Shown piece after piece: positions 1 through 14,001 of a DNA stretch of 64,000 nt; position 1 is the first letter of the stretch, and every line of letters starts with the position of its first letter. Origin of the DNA: Octopus sinensis. Its lineage: Eukaryota. The position numbers and the translations under genes are program-made. Under the pieces are notes generated by a model, which saw nothing but the letters and a program-made list of their open reading frames with translations, was not told the DNA's origin and searched no databases. The DNA lies in assembly GCF_006345805.1 (NCBI RefSeq), contig NC_042998.1, positions 44,454,001 through 44,518,000 on the forward strand, in the 5' to 3' direction.

Positions 1-876
1 GAGCCAAAATTGGACAAGAAATGTTGGTGAGCCTACAGCTCGGCACTTGAAAAACCAGTTCCATATCGTTCAACAGCAACATTAAGGCACTGGATGGGCG
101 GATCTGTTAAACCAATATCTTTTTGATCTTGATCTGCAGGAGAAAAAGCGTGGTGAGGTAACGAGTAGGTTATCCAGACTCACCGAAAATTGAGACTATG
201 GATTATTCAAATCCTCGTTTAGCACCGCTCCCGTGTGTGGTAAGACTTGTTGATTTGGGACAGCCTCTACAGATAAACCAGTGCCGTCAACCTGGTCTGT
301 CTGAGATGCGCGCAAGGCAAAGAAATTTTTCTACTGCACTCCTCCAATTCCTGAGTACTGCTGATTGATGGATTTAGGCGTATATACAATTGCGTGTGGG
401 ATAGATTCAGCTGTACGCTGAGACCTTTGCGAAGGTCATCTCGTTGCTTATCTCTTAGCCGGCAAGATTTTGCCTATCTTTTGGCTTTGGTAAAGTCAGA
501 TGTGTGGTAAATAAGATTAAAAGGGCTCAAGGCAAACTTTTCGTTTTCTGACAATCCTTTATCAACTCTTACAAACTTTACTTGAAAAGGAAAATTAGGT
601 AGGCAAGGCCTGGTGGTCTGACTGTGCGGGCTTTCTCTATAAATTGACGTGGGGAGGTTATAAGAGGGTGCTTGCCTTTGGAATAGGATTTTCTTGTAAA
701 CCCTTAGGGATTAATAAACTAAATATTATTGGAGGCCAAAGCAATTCCGGATCGTTTGAACTAGAGCGCAAAGACAGACGAAATGCCGCCGGGCATTTTG
801 TCCAGCGTGTTAACGTTTCTGTTCGAAATAGTACCATTGATATCATAACCAACAGCTTAACTCTTACTATTTCTGC

Positions 877-903
877 TACTACTACTACTACTACTACTAC
901 TAC

Positions 904-936
<33 letters not shown>

Positions 937-955
937 TAACAACAACCACAACAAT
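877..955. repeat. Compound (ACT)n(AAT)n(AAC)n microsatellite
   Basis: Directly visible; source of the spurious poly-T/N and poly-L/V ORFs. Confidence 0.95.
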
Positions 956-1178
956 GATATTTCCATTAGCATTGTACTTATTCCGCTTATTAGCGCCTCG
1001 CTCATGGAGTGCTGTCTGCAAAAGAAAATTTTTGCGTGACGGCTTGTGTCTATCTGAGAAATAAAGATAAAAAGAAGTTGTTTTCATCTTCTTGTTCGTT
1101 GTCTGTGTCTACCAATTCCTTTGATAATCTTGATAATCAATTTATTTTTCGGTAGTTTGTTTTTCATTTTTTCATAAA

Positions 1179-1303
<125 letters not shown>

Positions 1304-2529
1304 ATGTCGTGAGTCCCATATGGCAGAGATGATAGACTATCTGCATAACTCACAAACGTGCTAACCAGCCTGTTTTCTTAATATCATGACGAAGTATTGT
1401 CCGTTACACTAAGCAGCAGGGATACTGTTTACGTCGATTATGAGAAATATATCATGACCATTGAACTATTTTATTTTATTTTAAGTACTAATATACTATG
1501 AATTGGATACAGGCAACGTCCGAAGTAATGTTTATTCCCTTTGGTCTACACATTTATGTTGTGTAAATATAGGTCCGAACCTATTGCCTTTAACTGGTCA
1601 ATGAAAACAAAATAGATAGAAGAGAGAAATAATGTGAACCAGAGAAATGTATTAAATAAAATTGATTATGAACGAATTTTCAAACGTTATTTGTAATGTT
1701 TGTTCGTTTTTCTTGACTTCCAGTGTTATCTCTGTTGTTACTTAAAATTTTTGTAAGTGTTACCGGTCTATAGGGCAAGGTGAGTATCCATAGGTGGGCA
1801 GAGTATAGCTGACATTCGTGTCATTCAACTTCCTGTTATAAAAGCTGAACATGAAATTAATTAAATGACTGCAAATATGTGTCAGTTTGTTTTGTTTTTT
1901 ATATTTATATTTTTCTCCTTTTTATTTTATCATATTTATTTATATGTTTTTGTCGGTATAGAAATCTAATTCAGAATGTTAAAGTCATTAAGGCTTTATG
2001 GCAAAAAGTTTTAGAGGAGGAATATGTTTCTTGGTGATCATTATATTGATTCTCTCCTACTCTTTGTTATTTTCTTGCAGCAAATGGATTTACATAACGG
2101 AATATGACAGATTTTAACGCAAGATAAAGTAATGCTCATATATTATCTGGGAGAGAAATATTCATATATTAAAATCACGAAAAATGTGAGGAGAGAAAAA
2201 TCTATAGTAGGCAAGCGTAAATTAGATATGAGGGAGAGACATCCTGGATATTGAAACGGGAGATATGTACATGGTGAAAATACCAATGATATTCCTTAAG
2301 AGAAATTCTAAAGATTCACAAAGGCTTCCGTACCACTTCGATGAAATCTAACACTTATAAAAAGCGGGGAGCACTTGAAAGACTTAAGTACCCAGCAATC
2401 TTTCTATGTTCTCTTTGAAGCTGTTTCTCTTACGTTATGACAATACATTTTAAGAAATCACAATTCTCATTCCATTTTACAACCTCGACTGATGACGATG
2501 ATGATGATGATGATGATAATATGATTAGA

Positions 2530-2880
2530 TAATGGAAAGAGATATGAGAAAGTCAATAAAGAAAGTACAAGAGGAAAATTAGAAAGGTTCTAAAAAATAC
2601 TAAATAGGGGAACATCATTTAAATCATAAATACCTAGGCTGTGCCCGTACTGAGATAAACTGCTCACTTTTTATAAAATTGGTCGAACAACAGAACCTAG
2701 ATAGAAGAACTAGAAAGCTGTTCACAATGCACAATACACTCCACCCCAAAAGCAAGAGCGTCCGACTCTACTTCCAAAAAAGGAAGGTAGCAGACGATTA
2801 CTAAACGCAGAAAATACGGTTAGTACTACGATACTGGGTCTGGAAAATTATGTTGCGCAGAGTAAGAAGGAATACTATCA
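2530..2880 (+). mobile_element. Decayed R4/Dong-type non-LTR retrotransposon fragment (post-RT region)
   Basis: Translates with stops/frameshifts to NT*AVPVLR*...NLDRRTRKLFTMHNTLHPKSKSVRLYFQKRK/GSRRLLNAENTV, homologous to 25320-25520 (NTWAVSLLRF...LDRKRRKLLTIYGILHLKRDTDRLYVPRKR). Confidence 0.75.
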
Positions 2881-3569
2881 ATAACCAGAGATACCCCAAA
2901 ACTCGTCCATTGGAGGAAAGGAGGTACTATTCAATTTATCAAATCAATATCGTTTCCATGTCTTTGCCTTGTCTAGCAAAATGATTATTCACCAGTAAGT
3001 CGCTTACCGCAGTTAAGGTATTGACTGGAAATAACATCTGAGATTATCAAAATAAATTGCTTTGAAATTATGCCAATTAAATTGTACATTTTCTTCAGAA
3101 GGAATTAAATTCCAATCAATGCAGGTGAACGAATCATTTAGAGCAGATTAATCATTGACTATTAGGAATTTTGTCAGGACAAGAGAGCAGAAATCGAACT
3201 GTGCTGCGAAGATCAGCTAATATCAACTAAAATGTGCTCTGAGGTGGGATCAACTGACTTCAGGTGAGATGATAATGACAAAATATAGTATGATATCGCA
3301 TTGTCATTTAGTTGTATGAATATTGTTGCAACTTGTGTTATGTCATTATCGTTCAGAAATTCATTAATTTTAATCCAGCCGAGGGAAAACAATTACAATC
3401 AACTGCCGGAGTTCTATTCCAAATTATACAAAATTTGTAAAAGTATGACCAATTATCTTTAACCCTGCTTTAGGGCTAATAATCAGAGCAGCAAATGTTT
3501 GAATTCTGGATAGTTTCTCTTCTCTTCATCATTCACTTCTTTCACTTGGCGATCAGCAACAAAAACTTT

Positions 3570-3800
3570 CAGTTACTATGGCTGAAAATCTTCCACCCTA
3601 TCCCTCAGTTGAAATATTTTATAATCGTCTACTGCTCTGCGAGCTCTCAGAACCACCAGCAACTCTTGGTTATATCTTTTCCCCAATCGAGGACATCTAA
3701 CTTATCTTTCTCCGAAGTCATTGTTCTCTATGATTTCAATGTTCACAACACAACTTGGTTCTCGTACTCATCCTATATTAATCGAGGCTATGTACAAATT
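3570..3800 (+). mobile_element. Decayed APE-endonuclease fragment of a LINE
   Basis: Frame reads LWLKI...YFIIVYCS...SEVIVLYDFNVHNTTW, resembling the APE motif hhhGDFNxH...W. Confidence 0.55.
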
Positions 3801-3979
3801 TTTGCAAACCTCAAAACTCCATGTCAACAAGTTTCTCTAAAATAATTCAATAAAAAACGAACATGAGTTCAGTCTTTTTCTCTATTTATCATGATGATAT
3901 TGTAACTATATTTTTTTTCTACCGTTATGTGATTGCTTTCTAATCATTATAGCTTCAGATAAAGTTCCACGGGTTGGAA

Positions 3980-4041
3980 CTCGGGCCAAATAAATATTTG
4001 TGAGGATTCGGTAGACAGAAGCTGAAAGTAGCCTGTCGTAT

Positions 4042-4074
<33 letters not shown>

Positions 4075-4244
4075 ACCATCGCTTGACAACCGGTATTGGT
4101 TTGTTTACGTCCCCGAAATTTAGCGGTTCAGCAAATGGGACGAGAGTTCTGGCGGTCGAGTTGTTCGACTAAACACTTCGAGAGAGTGCCCCAGTATGAC
4201 CGCAGTCCAATAACTGAAACAAGTAAATGATAAAAGATAAAAGA
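3980..4244 (+). mobile_element. SINE family 1 (Ceph-domain-like), 5'-truncated
   Basis: Matches copies at 10303, 13057, 41521: cgcttgacaacc...gtttacgtcccc...ttagcggttc, tail ctgaaacaagtaaa. Confidence 0.85.
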
Positions 4245-4941
4245 TGTATTTGCCTACTTCTGTTTGTGAATATAAAGAGTAAGAGACATACATAGAAGAC
4301 TGAGTAGGCGGGTATTGGTGCACTTGCGGGACTGTGGGCGGTTGTGGTTGGGTTGTATATAAACATGCCAATTCAATGTCAGTGACCGATGTATTTTCGA
4401 AATAATTCTTTTGGAATGCATTTTCCTTTTCTATTCACTCCGTTCACAAAATAATTACACTTCAACTCCTTTGGAAAACAACGCCAAGAATTTTTTAACA
4501 GAAACCTTACTTGCTAGGAAATAAATACTTTCCGTCACACTCTATCGAACTGTGACCATTCATAACAACTTACCTAGCTAATCTGTGTTGTGCTTAGGAG
4601 TCTATTTGACAGTTCGACTGTCAGTAGCCCTTCTTGTCATTCCACAAGTGTCTGTCACAATCTCGTTCGCCGTTTCTGACCTATTGCGTTCTATTAGATA
4701 AAGATTACATGGACTGAAGCCAACAAACACTAAAGTTGTCACTAACCAATGTAATTATAACTTTCAGCAAGATCATCAACTTCACTATTTTAATCTCAGC
4801 ATTCTCTATCACACTTCTAAAATCTCACAAATCTTTCTGACACCCACCTCACTCTTCTCTCTCTCTTCTTTCTCTCCAACTTTCTCTTTTCCTTTCTCTC
4901 TGTCTCTCTATCTCACTCATCCTCTCTCTTTCTCAATCTTT

Positions 4942-5031
<90 letters not shown>

Positions 5032-5503
5032 CTATCTAGTCTATCTATCTATCTATCTTCATTCACATTTATCAACTTCCCGGTTTTATTTTATTTTCTC
5101 TTCTGTGTAGTGATACGGTAAGTAGCACTGACGCAGGTGATGAAAAGTTGCCTGTCATTGTCGACTTGGTGGTGGTGGTCATCGTCCTCGTCGTCATCGT
5201 CGTCGTCGCCACCATCGTCGTCATCGTCATCGCTGTTGTTCTTGTCCTGCTAGTGATTCTCCTGATAGTGATGACAGGGTCGGTAGTATTTTCAATTTCA
5301 GTCTAAGAGTGATTTGATGATGCGGAGGACACGTCGCCTTATGACGGCTGCAGTAATGAATAACTACTGTAGAGGTGGTCGGCGTTCAACCATAACAACA
5401 ACGATAACAGCAGGCGTCATCATATAGTGATAGGGACGTTTATATTGATGATGATAGTAGCTGTGATGGAAGCATTAAGAATAGAATATATAAATTAACT
5501 ATA

Positions 5504-6064
5504 TTCTTTTATTCTTTTACTTGTTTCAGTCGTATTGATTGCAGGCATGCCTTTAGCCGAACAAATTGACCCCAGGACTTGTTCTTTGTAAGACTAGTAC
5601 GTATCCTGTCAGCCCTTTTGCCGAACCGGTAGGATACAGGGACGTAAACACGCCAACATCGGCGACGGAGGGGGACAAACATAGACACACACACACACAA
5701 ATATATATATATATATATATATATACATGCGCGCACGCACACATTTACACACACGCACACACACATATATATGTCGTTATGATAGATCGGTAGCCACTAC
5801 ACACATTTTTTTCTCTCCTTGTTTCTTTCTGTGTTCCTTTGTGTAGAAGAGCGTAGGCTCGAAAGGTAAAAGACTTTTTCAATTCCTGAGCTTTATACTA
5901 ATTCGGGCTTCTTTCAGTTTCCCTCTACCAAATGCACTCACAAGGCCTTGGTCGGCCCGAAGCTATAGTAGAAGACACTTGCCCAAAGTACCTCGTAGTG
6001 GGACTAAACCCGGAACCACGTGATTGGGAAGCAAGCTTCTTACCACACAGCCACTCTTGTACCT
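5504..6064 (-). mobile_element. SINE family 1, split by a nested insertion in its internal (AT/CA)n tract
   Basis: 3' half 5504-5700, 5' half 5904-6064; a foreign 124-bp segment lies between them. Confidence 0.85.
5779..5902 (+). mobile_element. Hammerhead-bearing Penelope-like short element, family A (3'-truncated)
   Basis: atgatagatcggtagccactacac...gagcgtaggctcgaaa... shared with 7339, 57248, 63642. Ribozyme motif at 5837-5872 has C3>G and a broken helix III. Confidence 0.7.
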
Positions 6065-6144
6065 ATACATACATATATGCATATACTTACATGTAATTAT
6101 ATACAAATACTTATATGTATATATATGTGTGTGAGTGTGTGTGC

Positions 6145-6180
<36 letters not shown>

Positions 6181-6202
6181 TTATATGTATGTATGTATAT
6201 AG

Positions 6203-6461
6203 ATCTCTAAAAATTACAGATTATTCGAGTATCTTGAACTTAAATCTATATGACACAGTTAAATAACAGTTTGACAGTTCATATCGGACAAACAATGTGT
6301 GTGTGTGTGTGTGTGTGTGCGTGCATGTGTGTTTGTGCGTGTGTGTGTGCGTGTGCATATATAGGATTCTTTATGTTTTCCAATATGAATGGTCAAACTG
6401 TTACTTGACATGTCATATAGATTTAAGTTCAAGATACTCGAATAATCTAATTTTTAGAGAT
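6203..6461. mobile_element. MITE-like element with ~80-bp terminal inverted repeats
   Basis: atctctaaaaatt(ac)agattattcgagtatcttgaacttaaatctatatgaca... at 6203 is the reverse complement of 6378-6461; (GT)n spacer; TA-rich flanks. Confidence 0.75.
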
Positions 6462-6559
6462 ATATTTACATACATATATCTAAGTGTATAACACACGCAT
6501 ACACACGTACATACACACATACATACATACATACATACATACATACATACATACATACA

Positions 6560-6592
<33 letters not shown>

Positions 6593-6633
6593 CGTAATCT
6601 ATGAATTGAAAATTTTATGCAAAATTATATTAA

Positions 6634-6844
6634 CCCTTAAACGTCATTTTGCTTAAGGGGGATTTTTAAACTTATTTTCACTTGAAATAAGTTCAAAACT
6701 GTATTAATTGTTAGTCTTTTGCAGAATAAAATTTGCAATGACGTTATCAAAAAGTGACGTAAAATATTAACCTTTCTTTCATGTTGACCGTACACATGGA
6801 AAAAAATGTTCAAACATTAATTGCTAATCTCCGTTACGTAAAGG
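6634..6844. mobile_element. Possible piggyBac-type MITE
   Basis: TTAA|CCCTT ... AAGG|TTAA ends; the TIR is short and imperfect. Confidence 0.35.
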
Positions 6845-7256
6845 TTAAACATAGTGCAAAACAATGTCTCGTAGATAATTCCAACACAAGTCTACTTGTA
6901 TAGGAGCGGAAAGATATGCTTATTATTTCCATCCGAGTTCCGCCTTGTTGCTGATACTGTGACAAAAATAAAAAAGAAAACAGTTAGTATTCATTGTTGG
7001 AGATTTCAACGGAAAGTTTTTGTATTCAGCTGTAGTATATAGGTGTATGTAGTTGTTAATTATACCTCAGAATTTTAAATACTAGGAAATAAGTGAAACA
7101 GTTGAAACTAATTTATTTTAAAAATTGTTAAATGTTTGTTGAGGTAAGTGTGTTTGCGTTTCTCAGAACTAATTAGTGATGACTCTCTGATTAGGTTCTC
7201 TACGTCGAAAACTATATATATATACACTGAGACTGCCATTTATATGTTGTGTGTGG

Positions 7257-7320
<64 letters not shown>

Positions 7321-7338
7321 ATATATATATAATATATA

Positions 7339-7523
7339 GGGAGAGTTCACGAAGAAAAACAAAAGACGAAGACTGGTAGTCTATATAAAACTATTAGATG
7401 TATTAATATAACGCTCAGGAAATTGAAAAAGTATTTTACGTTTCGAGCCTGGGCTCTTCTAAAGAAAGCGAACAGAAAAAACTAGGAGAGCAGAAAATGT
7501 GTGTTGTGGCTACCGATCTATAA
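7339..7523 (-). mobile_element. Hammerhead-bearing Penelope-like short element, family A
   Basis: Reverse complement matches 63642-63834. Motif 7433-7468: cttt-CTTTAGAA-gagc-ccag-gctc-GAAA-cgt-a-aaat (G5>U, probably dead). Ends in (AT)n. Confidence 0.7.
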
Positions 7524-7597
7524 ATGTGTGTGTATATATATAATATATATATAATATGTATATATATATATGTAAATATATATGTATAAATATATAG

Positions 7598-7675
<78 letters not shown>

Positions 7676-7781
7676 ATATATAAGTATATCTAAGTATATC
7701 TAATATATATATATATACATATATATAAGTATATCTAAGAATGCTTGAATGTATATATATACGTATATGTGAGTATATATG

Positions 7782-7848
<67 letters not shown>

Positions 7849-8098
7849 ATTTGTACGGTGACTCTTTTAGCACTCCTCTCTTCCCTCGACCTGTATATCT
7901 GTTAGCGAATGCAAGTATATGTTCATGTATGTGCATGTATAATGAGAGGCCAAAGCTTGTGTAAGCGCGATATACGGGTAGCCAGAATTAGAAATGTCGT
8001 TGAGAAGAACGGTCAGAAAGTTACATCAAAATGTATACCGATACAGACATTTATATGCATGAATGTGTGTTTACCTATATAATTATGCTTACGTGTAT

Positions 8099-8186
<88 letters not shown>

Positions 8187-8809
8187 ATATGCATGTATGT
8201 ATATGTATAAATGTATGTATATCTATCTATCTGTCTGTTTGTGTTTGTATATATGTATGTATTGCAAACCAAATACACAAGCAAATTGTAATCAATATGT
8301 TTTTGTTTTTTATTTCATTTCATTAAGAAATAAATTGATAATGCGCTGCGACAATTTTTCGATTAACTGAATTCAACTTCCTGATTTCATTCCCCTTCTA
8401 AAACTGCTTCCTTTATACCAATGTTGTTGCTGTTGTATTTATTGTTATTCTCGTTGACTTTTAATCCCTACACGAGCAGACATTATAATCAAATATTATC
8501 TTATAAATTCTTTGCTGTAAATTCAACGCTAGTGATAAAAGTCGTAGCAAATATATGACGTGTAATTTCATCGCTTGCTAATTTCATTGTAAGATGATTA
8601 TACGGCTAGTATTACATCGTCGGTAAATCCATCTCCGAAAATTTATCTCAAAGGTTTCTTTAATTTTTTTTTTATTCGGGCATTAAAATACATGGTAATA
8701 TTGAAAAACAATTGTTACAAAAAGTATTCTTCTTAAATTCATGCATGAATGTGTAGAAGTGTAAATTATATGGTCGTATTCCTTGAATTGATGAATCAAT
8801 ATACATATA

Positions 8810-8828
8810 CTATTTATTTATATATATA

Positions 8829-8894
<66 letters not shown>

Positions 8895-8898
8895 CATA

Positions 8899-8938
<40 letters not shown>

Positions 8939-8954
8939 TTATATATTATATATA

Positions 8955-8985
<31 letters not shown>

Positions 8986-8986
8986 A

Positions 8987-9034
<48 letters not shown>

Positions 9035-9181
9035 TACATATATATATATATTATATATACATACATATATACATATATTATATATATATACATACATATA
9101 TACATATATAATATTATATACATAAAATATACATATATATATATATATATTACATACATATATACATATATATAATATATA

Positions 9182-9215
<34 letters not shown>

Positions 9216-9217
9216 TG

Positions 9218-9253
<36 letters not shown>

Positions 9254-9264
9254 CATACATATAC

Positions 9265-9357
<93 letters not shown>

Positions 9358-9444
9358 CATATATAATATATATATGCATACATACATATATATTATATAT
9401 ATATACATCATATACATATATATATATATACAATATTATATATT

Positions 9445-9478
<34 letters not shown>

Positions 9479-9519
9479 TATATATATATAGATACATAAT
9501 ATATTATATAATATTTATA

Positions 9520-9566
<47 letters not shown>

Positions 9567-9680
9567 TATTATATATATATATATATATATATTAATATAT
9601 ATATATATATATATATATAACGTATATATGTATATACATATATGTGTATATAGACATACAGATATGTGTGTGTACATATA
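8810..9680. repeat. Long degenerate (AT)n/(ATAC)n tract
   Basis: Directly visible; source of many YI-repeat ORFs. Confidence 0.95.
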
Positions 9681-10302
9681 TATATGGTCTTGTCACGCAC
9701 ACTTTCCCGCGGTGATTCCACATGAGAATTACATTAAGAGTACATACACCTGTCGAATGGACATTATTCACGAGCATATAAACAGGTTATTCGAACAACT
9801 GAATCATCGTTATCAATAGACGGGAATCCACCAAATTGGCATGGTGATGTATTGACATGAGCCGTAATTATGTTGAGATACAATTACAAGGTGATCAAAT
9901 TACAAGGATGTAATTACCCGCACTGAATTTTCCGCAATAAATTTACAGCAAACTTGATCAAATGCTTCCCATATGCGACCATCTTGCATGTTATTCAAGT
10001 ATAGTTTATCTAATACTTTATTATCTTTTATCCTTCTTTCTTTTTAAGATAATAGAATGTACTTCGAAGGTTTTTTGTTGTTATTTTTACCAGGTAGATT
10101 GGCCATGTAATGACACCCTCCATTATCACGACAATCTTCTGTTCTATAGCTTTAGTCTAGTCATTGTTTACTCTTAGATTTTTCGTTGCTTCTCTTAGAG
10201 ATTCAATCGTCAAGGTTGATGTCATTTAGCACCAGGTCAGACCCCAGTAGAGAAAAACCATAGTCAAAAACTTTAATGCTGTGATCATCCCGTCTTTTAC
10301 TT

Positions 10303-10704
10303 AGGCGCATGAGTAGCTTGCTTACCAACCACATAGTTCCGGTTTCAGTCCCACTGCATGGCACATTGGGCAAGTGTCTACCAAAGCCTTGTGAGTGGAT
10401 TTGGTAGATGGAAACTGAAAGAAGCCCGTCGTATATATATGTATATATATACGACGGGCTTCTTTCAGTATACATATGTATACATATGTGTGTGTGTGTG
10501 TTTGTGTGTCTGTGTTTGTCCCTCCAACATCGCTTGACAACCGATGCTGGTGTTTTTACGTCCCCGTAACTTAGCGATTCGGCAAAAGAGACCGATAGAA
10601 TAAGTACTAGGGTTAACAAGAATGAGTTCTGGGGTAGATTTGCTCGAGCATAGCCGCAGTCAAATGACTGAAACAAGTAAAAGAGTAAAAAAAGTAAAAG
10701 AGTA
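10303..10704 (+). mobile_element. SINE family 1 with internal fold-back
   Basis: tRNA-like head, central domain, tail ...atgactgaaacaagtaaaagagtaaa; 27-bp inverted duplication at 10414-10469. Confidence 0.9.
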
Positions 10705-11155
10705 TTTTAGAATGTTTCATTCCACTATTTTGAAGACGATAGAATTCTAGATGGAGATTTGTCTGTTATTTCTAGCAGGTCGAACGGCTACGTAAGCGGC
10801 TCCATTTGCTGTCACATGTTAGTATTGTTGTTATTAATGTTGATAGTTCATTTGCAATGTTACACTGTGGCTTTTATTCTTTCTTTTCTCTTTATTTTCT
10901 GTAACAACATTAAAATTACTGTAGCTGTAATTCTATTATCAAATGAAATTCAGCATAACAGATCCAGTATGCAGCCATCAATTACCAACGTGCTTAGAAC
11001 TGCACACTCACAACATCCGCACTATATAGACAGTGTATCTCTCCCTGCCTCTCCCTTTCTCTCTCTCTCTCTCTTTCTCGCTCTCTCTCTCTCTCTCTCT
11101 TGCTCGCTCTCTCTCTCTCTCATACATACATATATATAATATATATATATATATA

Positions 11156-11204
<49 letters not shown>

Positions 11205-11233
11205 CATCTTTCACTCTCCTCTCTTTCTGTCCA

Positions 11234-11268
<35 letters not shown>

Positions 11269-11462
11269 GTATATACATCTTTCACTCCCTTCTCTTTCTG
11301 TCCCTCTCTCTCTCTCTTTTTCTCTCTCTCTTTCTCGCTCTCTCTCTCTCTTTCTCCCTCTCTCTCTCTCTCTATACTTATTATATATATATATATATGT
11401 GTGTGTGTATGCATCTTTCACTCTCTCTCTTTCTGTCCATCTCTCTCTCTCTCTCTCTCTCA

Positions 11463-11517
<55 letters not shown>

Positions 11518-12679
11518 ATATATTATACATTCTTTCACTCTTTCTCTTTCTATCCCCTCTCTTTCTCTCTCTCTCTCTTTCGATATAAATATATATATAT
11601 ATATATACACCTTTCACTCTCTTTCGTTTTCTGTCCCCCTCTCTTTCTTTCTCTCTCACTTTCTCTCCCTCCCTTTACAAGCATGTGTCTGTAAGTATGT
11701 GAAAGGGCTACATTTTATATCTCTATATCTTTATCTATCTTCCTTTCTGTCAAAGACATCCTAATACTTCTCATTCTTTGTTTTCCGTATTACGTTATAG
11801 TCACTCATAATTATCTTCTGCTCTCTTTCTCTTCTCTTTGTGTATGTCCTGATTTTCTTTTCTTTCACTCTATCACTCAATCCCTCTCTCTCCCTTCTTA
11901 TCTCTTTTCCTCCCTCTTCCTCACTATATACACACGCATGTATGACTTTGTAAATAACAGGCTTTGCCATCATGTGGCTCAGACAGAAAATAGTATCAGT
12001 CGATAGTATCTATTCTTAAGCTTTACACTTAATCCGTCTCTGAGATTAACTCCACCACCTGGCCTTTGGGTTTTAAATATTCAAACCTAGTCACCAATTT
12101 GTTACTCATCTTCTGCCATAAATCTCAAAGACTACAAACATTTATCAGGCTAGAAATATCGAGTCACTATCTAGATTGTAAGCGAGGGGAAACGGACTGC
12201 AGATGCAGTCATCAGTTGGGTGCCAATTAATGTCGCTTATTATATTCATAAGCAAGTGGACCTTGGGGCATATAAAAGCTGTCCCAAGGGAATTGTCTAT
12301 CATGAAGATGCACTTGCTGTATAAATATACAGAGGTGAGAAATGTCACCTTTTTCCCAGCTTCATTAGCGGCTTCATACATGTTCAATTGTAGTTTTAAA
12401 CAGTTTACAGTCTTCCTATTTCTACTAAGAAGTGTTCTTTCTATGTCAGTTCTTCGATGAGATTACTTGTAACAAGTGCATAATTGCAAAGAAGTGAGCC
12501 TTGTCTAAGGTTCAGATTTGAGTCTTTCCTACTTTCGTGTGCGAGTTTCTTAATTATCGCTGTGGAAATTTTATGCATGCCTATGGTATCTTCGTTTCTT
12601 TGGGGATGATGTGTAAAACGTAAATTATCGTTGGGTGTATTAGCTTATAGCTTCCATAAAATCAAATTCCCAGGAAATA

Positions 12680-13040
12680 ATTGGAAATGATATCTTTTCT
12701 AAATCTATAAATGGTATGAGCACTCACCATGTTCGAGACGGGTAAGTCAATCGTTTCCTTGCAATCTGTGAAACGAGGGATAGAGTACTTTCTAAAGTTG
12801 TTATAGACGAATAATCCTACGAAGTAGTTTACCTCTGTTCCATCATAGTTCTCCCTAGAAATATCGAAAGGAAGGTGACACTCCATTTTTTTTTTTTTTT
12901 TTTTTTGGCCACCAAGCTTCAAGCACCTTAATTCGAAAGTTTTCCGTCCATGAGATTTCAGCTCCTGTAGTTATCATACGGATGCCATCCTGCCATGCGG
13001 TGTATTATGAGCAATTTAAACCTGAGCACATTCGATTTCT
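12680..13040 (-). mobile_element. Highly decayed CR1-group LINE C-terminal fragment
   Basis: SEIECAQ...LQEL...TFELR and FRKYSIPRF...LPVSNMVSAHTIYRFR resemble the post-RT region of CR1-group ORF2. Confidence 0.4.
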
Positions 13041-13056
13041 GATACATATATATATA

Positions 13057-13467
13057 CTCTTTTACTCTTTACACTTTTAGTCTTTTACTTGTTTCAGTCA
13101 TTTGACTGTGGCCATGCTGGAGCACCGCCTTTAGTCGAGGAAATCGACTCCCAGGACTTATTCTTTTTAAGCCTAGTACTTATTCTATCGCTCTTTTTGC
13201 CGAACCGCTAATTACGGGGACGTAAACACACCAGCATCGGTTGTCAAGCGATGTTGGGGGGACAAACACAGACACACAAGCACACACACATATATATACA
13301 TATATACGACGGGCTTCTTTCAGTTTCCATCCACCAAATCCACTCACAAGGTTTTGGTCGGCCCGAGGATATAGTAGAAAACACTGGCCCAAGGTGCCAC
13401 GCAGTGGGACTGAACACGTAAGTGTGGTTGTAAGCAAGCTACTTAACACACAGCCAGTCTTACGCCT
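13057..13467 (-). mobile_element. SINE family 1, full length
   Basis: Head aggcgtaagactggctgtgt..., internal (AT/GT)n, tail ggcggtgctccagcatggccacagtcaaatgactgaaacaagtaaaag. Confidence 0.92.
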
Positions 13468-13478
13468 ATGTATATTTC

Positions 13479-13528
<50 letters not shown>

Positions 13529-13684
13529 GTGTGTGTGTGTGTATGTATGTATGTATATATATATTTATATTTTATATATATGATTTATATATTTATATAT
13601 ATCTTCTTTTTTCTCTTGTTCTTGTTCTTCTCTTTCTTCTCTTCTCTTTCTCGTCTTCCTCCTTCCTCTTCTTAATATTACTAT

Positions 13685-13985
13685 TAGTCTTTTAACTTTT
13701 GTTTCGTTGGAGCTCCTGGATTTATTGCCTACATAGCGCACTTGCTATCTGCACCCTACGGTACCATGCTATCTGTTCTTTCCAACTATATTGTATTTTT
13801 CTGGTGATTCTGCCGAAGAAGGTGGCAAATCTTTTGTAACAGTTTTACTGAGCACTCTCTTCTGATTTCCTTTATATTTCTCTCAGTGCCTTCTGATATT
13901 GTCCCCAAGAACCTAACAATAATTAGCATTATCTTTACCCTCTTCACTTCCCACAGTCGAGTTGTCTCGTATGTAAGTCGGTTGT
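13685..13985 (-). mobile_element. 3' end of R4/Dong-type LINE (RLE C-terminus)
   Basis: YETTRLWEVKRVKIMLIIVRFLGTISEG...LLQKIC resembles the RLE end motif L..E..RLW...V.VIPIV.GALG...LQK; ends in a TAA-like tail. Confidence 0.7.
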
Positions 13986-14001
13986 AATTATTGTTATTAT
14001 T

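Noticed and set aside
1-760. GC-richer unique segment with a semi-open minus-strand frame (SQRSQRTAESIPHAIV...)
   Set aside because: No recognisable motif, several stops; cannot assign.
1495-1545. ctatgaatt-gga...tcc-gaag: hammerhead-like skeleton
   Set aside because: Both core halves are mutated and helices I/III are poor.
4305-4372. GC boxes plus TATAAA and CCAAT, promoter-like
   Set aside because: Short motifs, no downstream gene; expected by chance.
12186-12220. CTGATGA plus a ctgc/gcag hairpin on the minus strand
   Set aside because: Not followed by GAAA; no helix III.
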